Part shown: one piece after another, positions 1 to 14,404 of the stretch
How the letters are laid out: every line of letters begins with the position of its first letter
Position numbering within the stretch: position 1 is the first letter of the stretch
Origin: Lama glama
Lineage: Eukaryota
Direction of reading: 5' to 3'
DNA length: 64,000 nt
Assembly: GCA_028534125.1 (NCBI GenBank)
Contig: CM052833.1
Coordinates: 3,534,001 to 3,598,000 of the forward strand
Position numbers and translations under genes: made by a program
The notes under the pieces: generated by a model
The model's database searches: none
Told to the model about the DNA's origin: nothing
Seen by the model: the letters and a program-made list of their open reading frames with translations, nothing else

Positions 1-858
1 TAAAGGAGTTCTTCCCATTACTCCCAGAAAAGAGAACCCTGAGAAATGGCAGTCCTAAAGGGGCAAGCTGGAGTAGGAAGGACAGGGAAGAACAGGGAGC
101 CCTGCGTTGAGGAATGGGGAACAGGCAAAGGCTGAGCATTTGATCACAGAGAGCACAGGAGGTAAGTGGGAATAAGACCCCAGAGGGGTTGGGAGGACAG
201 CAAGGAAAGGCACCCAACAAAAATTTTCCAGCTGTAAGGCCATCTGTGGGTAGCCCACAGGGAGAGCCAGAGGACACCGTGTCAAGTGCCCCATCCTGAG
301 TTCTCCCACATACTCTGCCTGGAGCTTGACTGAGCTCAGAAAGAGGTGGGAGGAAGGCCAGTGATTTGAGATCCTATCCCCAGCCTGGGTGGGCAGGGGG
401 CTGTCTAAAGAAACGCTCCCTCGTGCAGGGGAAGGCACGGAACCTGTGCATAAAATGTTTGGGAAGCCACGTCAGCCTGGTCCCAGTGAGCCATGTGGGA
501 AAAGCTGGGTCCACCACTGTCCACCTTCAGGCTTTAACGTGGGCCGGCCCAGGCAGAAGCATGTTGACAAGGAGAGAGGTGCTGAGCAGGGCTCCATGGC
601 TCTTCGGAAGAGGACTCGATGATGAATAAAGTAGGTCTTCATTAGGATCATAAATGTGCGGCTCTGAAACAAATTAAAAATTTGATCCAGAGCTCCAGTC
701 AAATTACTGTCACACACCTGTCATTTTGTACGACAGGAGATGGCTCCTACCCCAGCCTGAAATTCAGGTACCAACACAGGAAGTCTACAGGGGACTCTGT
801 CTACTTTCTCCAACATTTGCACAATTTCAGGGTAATTTTTTTACCACATATAGATGCA

Positions 859-990
859 NNNNNNNNNNNNNNNNNNNNNNNNNNNNNNNNNNNNNNNNNN
901 NNNNNNNNNNNNNNNNNNNNNNNNNNNNNNNNNNNNNNNNNNNNNNNNNNNNNNNNNNNNNNNNNNNNNNNNNNNNNNNNNNNNNNNNNN
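859..990. other. Assembly gap (N run)
   Basis: Run of n; followed by a (TTA)n-like tract at ~1005-1045. Confidence 0.99.
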
Positions 991-1521
991 TAATATATTA
1001 CAATTTATTATTATTATTATTATTATACTATTATTATTTCTTATTATTTTAAAAACCTGGAATGAAATGAAAGTATCCTTTATGGTACCACCTAACACGA
1101 TTGCTGCCCTCCTTTTTCTATATTTCCTTTCAGTTCTTACACATTTCTCTCTTCTTCGTTATTTATTTTTAATCTCTTCTTTCTTGTTTATTTTTGAAAA
1201 GGAAATACATTCATATGGTGGAAAAGGCGCAGTGCCTCTCCCCTATCCTGTCCCCACAGCTGCCAGATTCCCCTCCTCAGAGGCAGCCAAAGGAACCAGT
1301 TTCTTATTCAGATATGCATTTACTGTGTCTCGAAAGCAAGTCTAAAACCTGCTTTTATTTGCCTAAACAACTCATTCCAGGTTGCTACACTAAAAAATGA
1401 TGTTAACAACTACATGATATCCCATTGAGTCGACAATTTGCTTAAATGTATCCTACTGCAATTAAACATTAAGATTGCTCTCAGATTTTCATTATAAATC
1501 GTGCTGCAAAAGTCATCAGGG

Positions 1522-1691
1522 AGATGGAGGGTATAGCTCAAGTGGTAGAGTGCATGCTTAGCATGCACGAGGTCCTGGGTTCAATCCCCAGTACCTCCAT
1601 CAAAAAACTGAATAAATAAATAAACCTAATTACTTCCCCCTGCAAAAAAAAAAAAAGAAAGAAAAGAAAAAATTAATTAAGTTAAAAAAAA
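1522..1691 (+). mobile_element. Camelid tRNA(Ala)-derived SINE (vic-1 type)
   Basis: GGAGGGTATAGCTCAAGTGGTAGAG...GAGGTCCTGGGTTCAATCCCCAGTACCTCC head with Pol III A box (TAGCTCAAGTGG) and B box (GGTTCAATCC); A-rich tail; exact 14-bp TSD AAAAGTCATCAGGG at 1508-1521 and 1692-1705. Confidence 0.92.
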
Positions 1692-3469
1692 AAAAGTCAT
1701 CAGGGGACACTGGCTAGTTTTTGCCATATTGTGGACTATTTCCTGAGGCTGGAGCTGTCCATCCATGCCCCTCCCCGTCTCCACCAGCCCTTCTGACAGC
1801 CACACTGAGGATAAAGAGAAGCATGTGGTCCACACCATATGAAGCTCTAGGGTCCACAGTCCGCACCAGCCCCGCTACCCTACTGGAAAGATCAGCTCAT
1901 GTGGAAAAAACAAAACCTATCAAATTGGGCCAGGTCAAGCTGATGGTGCCCAGACCCTGCCATCACACACCAAAGCCAAATCGAACATCACATCCCCAGA
2001 CCAAGCACAAAGGCATGTGGATGACGGTATTTTGAGAGGTCCTCTGGCCTGGGCCCCTCCAACACTTGCTCACACCCCCGGGATCTGCAGTGACATGGGG
2101 TTAATCCACAGGGTTAGCATGCCCCATCCTGTGCCTCAATCTTACTCAAAGGTCTGGAAGATGCAGTATTAGTACATTTACATTAATCATGATCCTCAGA
2201 ATGTGGAAGGCAGAGTCAAAATGAGTTTCTAAAATAAAGCTAAGAAAACAAGGAAAGATTTCAGCAGCATTTTGGTAGAGGCAGGCTGCTAAAGCGCTGC
2301 CCGCTGAAGCTCCAGCCTGAGGATGCTGCCTAATTGAGCCCCGCTCACTCTGACCTCTGGATGGATCGTAAAGACACTGTGGGCTTTGATAGAACTGCAT
2401 CTCGAATCCCAAAGAGATGGAGCTGCCACGGGTGCTGTGTGGAAACGCCTTTTAGGTGATCACACAGGTCCAGGGCAAGGACCCAAGGGCTTTCTGCCAC
2501 ACGGTCCACCTCCCCAGCAAAGGAGAACCAGGCAGGCTTTCTTCACTGTACCTTGGTCGCCGTCTTACTCATTTTATTAAGTTTTTATCCAGGAAGACAT
2601 ACCCAGTAGATAAACAAAGGAATAAAACAGTTCAGCTTTCAATAACTATTCTCATGGAGGCAGACGGGCACATTAACAACTCTTAGCGCACCAAGGGCGC
2701 AGGGAGTGCATGGAGGTGGGGCCAAAGCAAGACTGTGAATTGCGTCTGTGTCCGAGCTGGCCACCACCAGGCAGCTTTCCTTCAGGACCGACCTAGGACA
2801 GGATGTGAATTCACAACCTCCCCAGCCTGGGCGCCTCCCTCAATTCTCTCTACTTACTAGCAGATCCTTACCGACTTGCAAAGCCTTTCCATTCAAAAAA
2901 AGGGTTCAACTTGGGACGTGCGGATTAAAGTGAGGCAAAACTTGCCAATAGGAATTATCCCATGACCTCCCCGGGGAGCAGTCTCCAACGCTGACGAGAC
3001 AGCGTGTTGGAAAAGGAAAATGCCCACAGAGGCTAATGCTGCTGAGTAAGAGAAATCAATACGGAGATTTTTTTTTTTAAACTGTTAGAAGACAGCCTGA
3101 CTGTGTTGCTGGCTTCTCGTGTTGCTGGTGATTTCAGGCTGTCGCTGACAATGAGCCGTCCTTCTGAGAGCCCCCAGGGCCCTTTTGCGTGGCAGGAAGA
3201 CTAGGTCCCTAGCGTTCTGGACCCCCAAGCACCAGTCCTGAGGGACAACATCACATTTTGAGGTCTGGTTTTTCAACACTTTGCTTACCCAACATGGCTC
3301 AGTCCTGTATTTGCAGCAAAATTAACTGTGGATGAGTCTTCAGCCGTTCTAAACACTTTACCGTCTGCTGTCCTAGCAACATGCCCCCATCCTTGAAGCC
3401 TCACCCAGGACAGGAACCAGTGTCTCAGTTCATCAGCAGAAGTCTGGAGAAAGGCTTCACTTCTTTGTT

Positions 3470-3700
3470 CGTTTTTGTTTTTAATTGAAATATAGTCAGT
3501 TTACAATGTTGTATTAACTTCTGGTATACAGCATAATGATTCAGTTATGTATATATGCCTTTTCATACTCTTTTTCACTATAGGCCATTACAAGGTATTG
3601 AATAAAGTTCCCTGTGCTCTACAGTAGGACCTTGCCGTTTATCTATTTTATACATAGTAGTTAGTATCTTCAAATCTCAAACTCCCAACTTATCCCTCCC
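3470..3700 (-). mobile_element. 5'-truncated L1 3' tail (artiodactyl/camelid type)
   Basis: TTAATTGAAATATAGTCAGTTTACAATGTTG...CCCTGTGCTCTACAGTAGGACCTTG; same family as the 25793-26327 copy; diverged TSD AAGGCTTCACTTCTTT / AAGGATTCAGTGCTTT. Confidence 0.85.
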
Positions 3701-4599
3701 TAAGGATTCAGTGCTTTGAATGCAACAGAAAGCACTGGAGAACCCTGGAATGGGGTCCAGAACGCTCCATTAGTTGACCTAGAAAAAAAAATTGTGATTT
3801 TATTTTCAACCTGACTTGTATTGAGATCCAGGGGACTACAGTCATGATTGCTGTGGCTAACCAGATAAAGCCTCGGTGGTACCACCTGGAAAGGTCCACT
3901 GTCCCTGGAACTCGCCAACAGGGCATCCTCAACTGGAAAGAGGAAACCTGAGATGGGGCAGAGGCCCAAACCTTCATAATCACACCCTTAGCCAAGCTGT
4001 CAAATATTGAGGTTAAACAAAGTTTATTTTTATAGAGATTTTAAACACAGCCTCATGGTCAGCCAGTGGAATAATTTAGAATCCCTCTTCTTTCTTCAAA
4101 TTAAGTGGACAGGATTGGGAAATGGAGAGGGGAAATAACTATCACTGTGTACCACTCCGTTTACGATTTATTTACTCCTCAGATCAGCCACATCAACCCC
4201 ACCAGACATTGACGTGGACTTTCCATACATTAGTATTTATTATTCTAATTTCCCAGGGAGGTTAAATAAAACATCTGCTTAGGAGTTATACCACTAAAAC
4301 CCAAGGCAGGACTCAAACCCAGAAGTTTTTAACCCAATTCCCACCCCTACCCCCACCCCATGTTCTTTCCCTAAAAAATGGTATCATTTCATTCACCGCC
4401 ACGAGCAGCAGGCTCCACTGGTAGCCTAGAAAAGCATGGATTATCTGAATCTCAAACTGGCCTCTCTTCGTCTTCCACTATACTGTTTTGGTGCCCTAGA
4501 AGACAGGAGAGGGACAGGGCAATGGGCCAAGCTCCCCACTCTCCGAGGGAACCACTCACCCATCTCTACAACCAGTGAATATTGTCACAGCCGCCACTT

Positions 4600-6900
4600 T
4601 TGGCAAACACAAGTCACAGTTTTCTAAGATTGTCCTATTCAAATTATCCAACCACAGTTTTTGGAGGGGAATTTGGCAACATCTCAACTGTAGAGACACT
4701 TTATCTTTTGGCTTATCATTTACTTCTAGGGATTTACCCAGACAAAACACCTCTCACAACATGAAATATACAAGCATGATGCTATTCATCATGGTATTGT
4801 CTGTAATTGCAACACATCAAAAACAACTTACATGCCAACATAGGACAGAGCTGTGAGATAAACTGCGGTCCCTCCACACAATGAAATACATCACAGCTGC
4901 AAAGAACTGAGGAAGATCTCTGTGAACTGAGATGAAGTGATTTGCAGGACATTCTGTTAAGTAAAAAGAGCAAAGCATGAAAGAATACCCAAAGCATGCT
5001 GCCCTTCGTGTAAGGAAGAGATATGAAAACATTCATGTATCTGCTCATTTGTGCAACAAGAAATACAGAACGAGAATTGAGAAACTAAGGAGGTCGGTAA
5101 TCTACGCAGTATAGCTGGGCACATGGTGGAAAGAAGGAGGAAATGGGAACTTCAGAGTAGGGCAAGGAGGAAGCAGCACTTCTCTGACTATGCCCTTCTG
5201 TATTGTTTCGATTTTTTAAACCTTGCTTATGTTTCTGACATATTCAAAAAAAAAAAAACAATTAAAGTCAACCAGGATGTGAAGGGAACCCAAAATGGAA
5301 TAAGAAGAGTAACAAATGAATCTAATGATACTACAAATGAATAATACAACCTCATTGAAGGGGGTGAGGAAAGAATAGGAGTAACAAGTAATTTTGGAAA
5401 ACAGTTGCTTTCTTGACCAGATACTGTAAGGCTAAAATCTATACTCAAGTTTTTTCCACAGGCACAAGGATTAACAATTTGGAAACTATTGCACTTTATT
5501 GCATACCTAAGGCTGAGTACATAAGTAAACACATTGTGGCTAACAGCAGCCAGGTGTCTCTCTGATGGAGAAAAGTGTTACAAATAATAAAAGGGAGGAG
5601 GACTAGAATGAGCCCTGTGCTGGTAGTTTAGAATCAGTCATATTGGTACAAATTCAAAGTTTTTGATAGACAGAAACGTAGACACATAGACAGATATATA
5701 ATTCGACAGAGATAGGGAAGTATATGTGTACGTGTGTGTGCATTTATGTATTTCCCAGCTCTGTGCTCTGAGAAGGTATAAAACCAATGACACCTCAATA
5801 CGAATGAGCACATCTAGCCTCTAAGATCTTGGTTTCTAAACACCATTCTCCACTAAAGGAAACAGAGCTCTTTGGAGAAACTGCTTCCAGGACTGGACAG
5901 GGCAAGTACAGAATAAGCATAAAATATCTTGAAGTGCCATAAATGAAAAAGTCCAAAAAAATATGATGTGGGAATATCTAAAGGACACAGGAGTCATCTC
6001 AAAAGATCTCCGAATGGTCAAATCTGGCAAGTCTGGAACAATCTGAGCAACAAAATAAACCAATGGACTGAAACAAATATCCCTGAGTCCATACTGATAT
6101 TAACAAATACATGAATAAATAGATAAAGGAAGCTGTTTCTTACAGCAGAATTCCAATGCACAAATGTACATGGGATGATAGAAATAAAAAGGTACCATTT
6201 AGCACACATCATAGTAATGACTGTCACGGGTAAGAATTACCAAGGGATTTCAAAGTATGAGGAGAAGCAGGGTATTTATACAATCGCAAAGCATTTCCTG
6301 ACAAGATTAATTTAAAAGGGGGAAACTAAAACGTTTTAGTGGCGAGAGCTTACAGATAGCACTTTACACAAGTGACCCAAGTTACCAGCACCAGCAGTGA
6401 AACCTACGGGTATCACGTACCTCCTCGTATGACGAACTGAGGAGGACACAACCTTTCTGTGGCATTTCTGTGTCTGCAAAAATGCGTCATTTAAGTTTGA
6501 GGGAGCATCACACAAACCCATTTTGAGAGACTGCCTACAAAATAACTGGCCAGTGCTCTTCAAAACTGTCAAGGTCATAAAAGAAAGAGACTGAGGGACG
6601 GTCACAAACCAGAAGAGACGAGGAAGACGTGACGACGTCTAAAACGAAATGTGCGACCTGGGACTGCATGCTGAATCGGACCCTGGAACTGAAAAAAAGA
6701 CAACAGTGGGACAACTGACAAAATCTGCATGGCACAGTGAACCCATCGCAGCAACATTACTCTCCTGGTTTGGACGCCTGTGCTACAGTTTACCAGATGA
6801 CAACACCTGGCAAAGGCTGGCAAAGCACTTGAAGTCTATGTCCTATTTTTGTCATGGGTAGGGGGAGTCTGCAGTTATTTCAAATGAGAAGCTAAAATGT
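4600..6900 (+). mobile_element. Old L1 (L1MC-like) ORF2 end plus long 3' UTR
   Basis: Decayed ORF2 C-terminal motifs (ttacttctagggatttaccc, cacacaatgaaatacatcacagc) followed by L1MC-type 3'UTR sequence (actgcctacaaaataactggccagtgctcttcaaaactgtcaaggtcataaaa). Confidence 0.7.
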
Positions 6901-8039
6901 AAAAATAAGTGCAAAAAGCAAAAATTTTCCACCAAATTCTCATTTCTTGGGAAGTTGCCTTTTTCCTATGCGACCACGTAAGGTGAGACAGAGAAACAGA
7001 CTGAATGAAAAGTAAGAAATCCAAATGCCAACATAAGAGAGTCATGTGATTAAAAAATATCTAGTAGAAAAAAATCCACTTATAAAGAGATGAGGGGTAA
7101 AATCCACTAGTTTTGGGGGTATATGAGGAAATACATTTGTGTGTATGAAAAACGTGTTATCGTGGATATACCTTCAAAGAAAAGTTAAAAAACTGTTGGC
7201 CTCCACAAACTATTTTCTGCTCAAAAAAATGTCACAAACTCTGAGGAATGTTTGAACCACGATCTTACAGACATATTACATGATAAAGAACAAACATGAA
7301 TGGGGCCACGGGGGAATGGGAGGGAGAGGGGGGCGCTCCAAGAACACATGCACGTCCAGCGTCTGGAAGTTGCTGAGTATTCCAGTTGCTGGCAATGACA
7401 ATTCTGAACTGTGAAAAATAATGACACTCTCACACCATGACTCACAGAGGAAACACTCTGTAATCGGTAATTTATTATTCTGTTCCTCTGTTTTACTCAC
7501 TGACTTCCATGAGCCGAAGTAAAAAAGCCTCACTTAGCGTGACTTGACTTGGCCTTTCCGCTGTGGGGGGAGGGCGATTTCCCATCACGTTAACAAGTCA
7601 ATGCTAGTTGACCAAGGTCCCTTCTAACACTACCAAACAAATTCACTGGGTCCACAACTCTTTGAGTGGGTACATTTTGTTCCACAGGCAGGAGCTGCAC
7701 CTAAAATGTGATGGAGACACAGCGCTGGACTGTGCTAGGATTCAGGCACATAAAGGCAATCGCACAGCCCAGCTGTGCAATTTGAGTGACACTTGCCCTG
7801 TAACGTGTGGTTCCCCAGTGTACCATCTCTACAGTGACCTCAGATGTCAAATCAAGGTGCCACCAAACATAAAGCATAGATCCTGCCAGCCAGGGCTCTG
7901 CCCACTGCAATGGCTATCAGACATCCAGTCTGAAGCAAGGCTGTCATACATGTGTGGACCCCAATTCAGGCCTCCCTGTCTCCAGGTGGACTTCCTTTAG
8001 ACCCCAGCCTCAGTCCAGTCCTCCTCTTCTATGTCCCCA

Positions 8040-8220
8040 GAGAACCCTGAGCTTCCACATTTGCTGGCACTTCACACAATGAAATAGAATTGGCCGTTTT
8101 CCTTCCCTCTCTCCCAGCTGGATTTGAGCGACCTGAAGGCAGGGTCCACGCACACCTTTCTGTATGTCCCCAGCGTCCAACGCGATACTTGGCCCGATGC
8201 AGGTTGGCGGGCAGGTGGAG
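8040..8220 (+). mobile_element. L2 3' end fragment
   Basis: tgagcgacctgaaggcagggtcc...tgtatgtccccagcgtccaacgcgatacttggc resembles the L2 terminal consensus. Confidence 0.55.
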
Positions 8221-8259
8221 CCCGTGGGAGCCACGCCTGACACACTGCAGTCCAGCTAC

Positions 8260-8400
8260 AGGGCTCATCCACGTTACTGAGCTCCTGCGTGCCAGCAGCG
8301 TTCTAGGTGGCGAGAACGCTGCAGGGACAAGGACGGTAGAAAGACTAGCCTTTGGAGTTGACAATCTAATGAGGGAGACCAACTTTAAACACACATCCAT
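8260..8400 (-). mobile_element. L2 3' end fragment (tail-to-tail with previous)
   Basis: ttactgagctcctgcgtgccagcagcgttctaggtgg...ggagttgacaatctaatgagggagac resembles the reverse complement of the L2 end. Confidence 0.5.
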
Positions 8401-9254
8401 GCAGGCTGGGAAAAACATGGTTAAAAAACAAACCCAAAAGTATATAGCAGGTTTATAAGATCATGTAACTGGATGATCTGACCATGTGAGCTATGAATTT
8501 TAAAAGCTTCCCCAAGGCAGTAACAGAGGTTGGGGAGGTTGGATGGGGAGGGGAATAAACTCAGCAGACAGGCATAAGCTCACTGTGTAAAACAGAGGGA
8601 AAAAAACTGGAGAGGAGCCAAGCGGCAGCCTCAGGGGAACGGCCACACATGGCCTTAGCCAGGCAACCGGAGGGAATGCAACTACTGAGCCATTTAAAAA
8701 TGACAAGTATGTGGACTATGTTGATATGTGGGAAGATATTAATAGAGTTTATTATGGATTGGATTTTTTTTTCTACCATAGAGGTGTTTAGGTTCATTAA
8801 CAAAAATTTTGGAACTCAGCCCCAGTCACCCCTGTCTCAAGATCATCTTAATACTCCTGGAGGCTGGCGGCACTGGTGACCTCGGGGTCTTGGTGGCAAA
8901 GTAGGAGCATCAGGAGTGCTTGGGAGGTCCTCCAACGGAGCCGTCATTTTCCAGATGCAGACTCAGAGTCGGCTGGTCAGAGCGCCCACCTGGGACGGTG
9001 CCTCACGCCCTTTCCGTCCCACGTGTGGCCCTTTCCAGGGGTTCCTCAAATAAGGAAGGAGGCTGGAGATCTGGCGGGTAACCACATCCTCCGTCAGGAA
9101 GAAAAGGCTCTCCCCCAGGCGGATGTGGAAAGCCTTCCTGAAATACTTTGGAGCCTGCTCCCACTTTGGAAGAGGACAGCTGGCCAGTCCTCAGTGCAGG
9201 TGGCCGGCTCAACCTGAACGGCCCCACTATTTTTTAAGGTTAGGGGATCAATCC

Positions 9255-9420
9255 TTAGCTCTGCAAAGCGTGAATTCTGGACCAGGCAGCTCCAGCATCA
9301 GCCAGGAGTTTGTGAGAAACACAGGAGCTTGGTCCCACCCAGACCTACTGAAGCATCACCTGCATTTTAACAAGGGCCCCAGGCAAGTCCCATGCATGTT
9401 GAGATCTGAGAAGTGCTGAC
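9255..9420. mobile_element. MER5A-like hAT-Charlie MITE
   Basis: cagcatcagccaggagtttgtgagaaac...cccacccagacctactgaagcatcacctgcattttaacaag...tgagaagtgctg. Confidence 0.7.
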
Positions 9421-9989
9421 TGACTCCTAGAGCACAGGAGGATTCATTTACTCACTCCTCACTCACTCACTCACTCACTTCTGTGCTAAATCCTGGGCAG
9501 ATCCAAAGACCTGACCAGGCACCTAGAGGTCCAGGTGGGCAGGTGATGCAGCTGCCCTTCTGCAGCCCCAGGGAGAGGAAATCCACAGCTTAAGATCTTT
9601 TGAGAAGGAAGCTGGAGAGTCCAAGGTTGGGGATGGATCAATGAAAGTCTTTAGAAAACCTGTGTATTAACTGCAATGAAAGAGCACCCTTAATAAAAAC
9701 CATCGACCGTTAACGCAACTTTTGTCAGTCAGTAAGGTGCTGCGCTGTTCTTTCCACTTTGCGTGCCCTGCTGGCTAGAAACTTCCACATTCTCTCTTGC
9801 CCGAAACTTCTGTGAGATGCTGGTAGATTAACTTCGTTTTATTGCAGATAATATGGGTCCTGAACAGCAAGCATCGGCATCTCACTGTGTTCAGCACGAC
9901 CTGGCGTTCAGGGTAGACAGAGTTGTCCGAGCTGAGCCCAGACACGCTCGGGCCAGGCTGCAAAGGGTCTGCGCCACACCCCAAGGCCA

Positions 9990-10520
9990 CAGGGAGGTCA
10001 GATCAGCACTGGATTTTTAAGTGAAAATGTGGGTCCCCAAGTGGAGGAGAAGCTGGAGGAAGAGAGCCTGGAGAGAGGAATGGGAGGCAGATGAGAGAGG
10101 GCCTGAGCCCAGGCAGGGCGAGGACCGATCACAGAGCTCGAGGCTGGAAGGATTCAGGCAGTGGACGCCAGGCATGGCCTCCAAGCCCTGTGCGCGGGTG
10201 GGGGAAGGGAGCTGACCAGGTCTCAGGCCTCAGGGTTGGGGACCATCATCACATAAGAGATCTACTGAACGGTGAATATTCTGAGTCTGAGGGGCTGCAA
10301 GACGGACGTGACACCCTGCAGACAGACAGGTACAAGCCAGAGGGGAGGGACTGGGGTCTGGGCAGAAAGGCTACTGAGGCCACAGCTGGAGGAGAGTGGA
10401 CAGAGTGAGACCTGAGGAAAGGGCCAGAGCGGGGGCGTCACACCAGGAGCCAGAAAAGGGCTCGGAAAAGCTACCAGAAAGAGAGAGGTGAGAAAGCAGT
10501 TGGACAGATGGAAACAGCAG
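9990..10520 (-). mobile_element. L2 internal fragment
   Basis: Purine-rich decayed sequence with L2-like motifs (ggatttttaagtgaaaatgtggg; gagctgaccaggtctcaggcctcaggg; ggagccagaaaagggc). Confidence 0.45.
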
Positions 10521-10699
10521 AGAGCCCCCACACCTCCTCACCAAACGCAAAGCATGAAAACAAGGCTTTACGCACGGCAAGTGCTCACAGCAGCAGCAAT
10601 TACTAGTCTCGCTCAATTTGTCAATGTCTCAGAAACTAAGATAAACTATACCCGGAAACATAATCCAACTGTGCATTAAGGTTGTATGCTGCTCAACAA

Positions 10700-11718
10700 T
10701 ACTTATTAGCTTTTATAATTTGCAGGTTATCTCTTTAGGCCTATTTTCTGTGTTCTTCCAAAACTCTCAGGATATATCCGAAATGAAGCATGCAGCTCTG
10801 TGCAATTTCAGTAACATCCATCTTCCAGTATAGAATCCTTTCTCCAGTTTTGTTCATATGATTCCTAACCTGTCCACTGAGTATTTAAATTAACTACTCC
10901 ACTTTGGTTTTGATTTTTTTTTTACATCTGCCTTTTCTTTTTTGATAACATCTTTCTATTCTTATGCTTTAAATTTCTTCTTTTATGTCTCCAATAGTTT
11001 GAAACAAACCTATTTAATATTCTCCATCCAGCAGTCTGCTATCTAACTTTATGGCCCTCTAACCCCACTGCTGACTGTGTGTACTAAACCTCAGGTGCAG
11101 TGGATGGTTCCCTCAGGGGGTCTTTAATTTTGGATTGTGAGCCCATTTTCAGGAGTTTGATATGTGGAAATCCTGCGCAGCTGAGTATATTGTGACCCTC
11201 AAGAAAAGCATCACCATCTAGAGACCTCTCTTCTGCTAATAAGATTGAAGATTCTTACACAAGTAATATCATTCAAACCCTGAACCCAAGAGAAGGTACA
11301 CCTGAGATTACAAATCCCACCAGACCCAGCCCTAACCCAGGGGGTGGTAATCTCCCCCAGGGGGCATAATTTCTGTGGTCCATTCTTTCACCAAGGATGT
11401 GGTCCTGAGGAGCCTGGCTTTAAACAGGAATCCCCACCCTCCTCCAGCCTAAGGTCTCATCTTCTATGCCCACGCCCCCGTAGGTGCTGTTAGGTCACCA
11501 AGACTGGCCAACCAGCCCAAGGTTGCTCTAGCATCTGCTCACATAGTTCTCGCTCATGAAAAGGTTTCTGGGCACTGGGGATTCCCTGTGATTTCTTGTC
11601 ATCTCTGCCTTGCTTTTAAAAGGATGCTCAGTGTTTTACAGCCAGCAGTACTACGTGTTCTGCAAGACAAAGGTTTCCCAGATACCCCATTTGCCATGTT
11701 GCCAGGAGCAGAAGCCCC
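10700..11718 (-). mobile_element. Old L1M/HAL1-like 5' region
   Basis: T-rich ORF1-like antisense sequence then taattttggattgtgagcccattttc, ending in ttgccatgttgccaggagcagaag, typical of old L1 5' termini. Confidence 0.45.
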
Positions 11719-12239
11719 AGGATATACAATCAATAAGTTTGAGATATCTTAAGCCAAGCATTTTTTTTCATACACTAGCTACGCATGCAAAATAATTTAA
11801 ATCCCATCTAGCCTAGCCTCTCATCCATAAAAGGTCTGATCCTGTGACCCACCAGCGGCTGGAGTAAGTCAAACGAACACATTTTTTAAAGATGCTGAAA
11901 AATGCCAGCAGATAGAAAGGAGAAACAGTACCAACCCTGCTACTATCAGACATATAACTTATTTACTATGCTTATTATTAGAATTCATGATTATAAATAA
12001 TGTTTTATGACTATGTTTTGCATTTCATTAGATTTCCTTAGGCTTGATTCCTGGGACAACTACTGGGACAAAAGAATAGATTTGTAAAGGTCTTTTCTAA
12101 GAACAACAAAAGTGATACATAAAAACATGTTGCTTAATTTCTTTTCTGAAAGAACTGTGCTTTCAAAGCAAGAGCAATTTGAGAACATCCACTTCCCAGT
12201 GTCCTATGAAGTTTGGGTTGTAACGGTGATTATATTTAA

Positions 12240-12582
12240 GATATCACTTACACGTGGGATCTAAAAAAAAAAAAGATAAATTTATTTGCAAAACAGAAAC
12301 AGACTCTCAGACATCGAGAACAAACTTGTGGTTACCAGGGTTGGGGGGAAGGGGGTGGGAGGGGGTAAACTGGGAGTTCAAGATTTGCAGATACCAACTG
12401 ATATATATAGAATAGATAAACGTGTTCATGCTGTATTGCACAGGCAACTATATTTGATATCTCGTAGTAACTGAATATATGTACGTTCATGTATGACGGA
12501 AGCATTGTGCTGTACACCAGAAACTGACACAACATTGTAAACTGACTATACTTCAATAAACATATATATATACCAAAAAAAA
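12240..12582 (+). mobile_element. 5'-truncated L1 3' tail
   Basis: gatatcacttacacgtgggatctaaaaaaa...acaaacttgtggttaccagg...gtacaccagaaactgacacaacattgtaaactgactatacttcaataaa + A tail. Confidence 0.9.
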
Positions 12583-14404
12583 GTCACTGTTTAGGCCTAA
12601 GACATTAAGATACTTGAACAATTAAAGGGAATGGAAAACAGAAGATAAGGCTTTAATTCAAATGGAAAAGGCAAAGAATCAGAAGACCAGAAAAAAGCCA
12701 TCCCCCCAAAAAACTACAGCCCAAACATACGATAAACAGCGCCAAGCAAAAGTCAAGACTCAGCCATTACTATATAGAAGGTAAGCATTTGCTTTTCAAA
12801 AGCAGCAAGAAGGTGCCATTTACTGCCCTTTGCGGTTGACCGTGACCCATGAGTCCAAGTACGTCTTGGTCGGTTCCACCTGCCAGCCTTCCTCCCTTCC
12901 ACGCGTGACCCTGACACGCCCAGGGAAGGACCAGCAGAACAGGGCAAACAGCACACACTCCTTCCCAGGCTGTAATCAGAGGACTAACTCCAGAGGCCCA
13001 CGGTTCCTTCCCTCGTCTGTGGAAGATGAAGCTGGCAGAGGTATTAGCCCTTCCCACTTTGCTAGGAAAAAAGACGTTTAGCATAAACCTTGAACTGGAG
13101 ATTTGATTTTCAACCTCCCCATCCACTGAAGTTAAGGAAGCAGAAAGCTCCACCTCAACAGTTTCTCAACAGCAAACATCAAAATTGATTGTCCTATTTG
13201 AAATTTTAAAAAGTAGAGAAAGAAAAGAAAGTCTTTAGACTGGCATCCAGCTGGCACTCTATAGACGCTTTGTATAGTGGATTTTAAATTACAGATTAGA
13301 GTAAAACAGCATGAGCAAAAATAAAGAGTAATCAGGGTCTCTTTCTGCAGAAAATCCCCAGGACGGCCATGGTCTTGACGGTTTTCGGCCGCCCATGCCA
13401 GCTGTAATAACGGCTCAGAAAATCACAGCTCCCCGAGAGCAGAGCTTTCTTGGTACAGCAAAGCTATGATTACTGGAAAGTAGAAATGCTCAAAAAGAAT
13501 CACCAAAGGGAAAAAGGAGAATTTAGGAAAAAAAAAAAAACTTCAGATTTATCAAATGGAATCGACCTTTAGTGACTGAACGCAAAACGCATTTTGGGGA
13601 CACACTGCCCATGCCACACGTTTGCTAAGGACTCCCTCCAGTCACTGCCTATTTTTCAAGTGAGAAATTTGATTTTATCATCACAACTACATTTCACAAG
13701 ACTCATTCTCTGCAAAACAGTCCTTTTGCTGCTCTGGAAACTTCCTTGAGCCTTCCCACTTAAAGGACAGTCCCATCACAGTCTCCTTTTATAGTATTAC
13801 ACAACCTAAATTATAATGATAAACTCATCTCGAAACCATATGTTGGTGACTCTGAAATTAAAACAAAATGTAGATTGTCCAGGACTGCAGAATCTCAGAT
13901 TTGGAAGGGCCCTCAGAGGGCACCAAGTTCTATTCTCCACCCACTGAAGACCTGCCCTAAGCCAGCCATCAAGCTTGCTCAACTCTGAGCCCAATCCGGC
14001 CCCCAGTAACCTCTACCCACAGAGGTAGTGCCGCCCTCTGGAGCCACCCAGAACAGGTCGCTCCATCCCCAGGAGAGTCGTGAAAGTCGGGAGAAGGCTC
14101 TTGACAACCCTTCCAGGTTTCCAGGCCAGGCCTCCCCACGCCCTCTGGCAGCCCAGTATTCTCCTGCATTCTGCACAGGACACCCTCCAAAGAGTCCGGG
14201 GCCCTCCTAAAATACGGCTCACAGAGCACTGCAGCCAGGGCCTTTGAACCCCTTTGACAGAATGTAAAGCTTTACAAGCCATCTCATCCAACAAAGCTTT
14301 ATGTTCTATAAATGTGGTCAACTAAAACACACAGGTCATCTTTTACAGAAATGCAGGTTTTCCAGTCTCTCTTTATTCTTATGTAATAAAATGTTACACA
14401 TTTG

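Noticed and set aside
1526-1600. tRNA-Ala-like gene (also 28765-28838)
   Set aside because: A-rich tail and TSDs show these are SINE heads, not tRNA genes.
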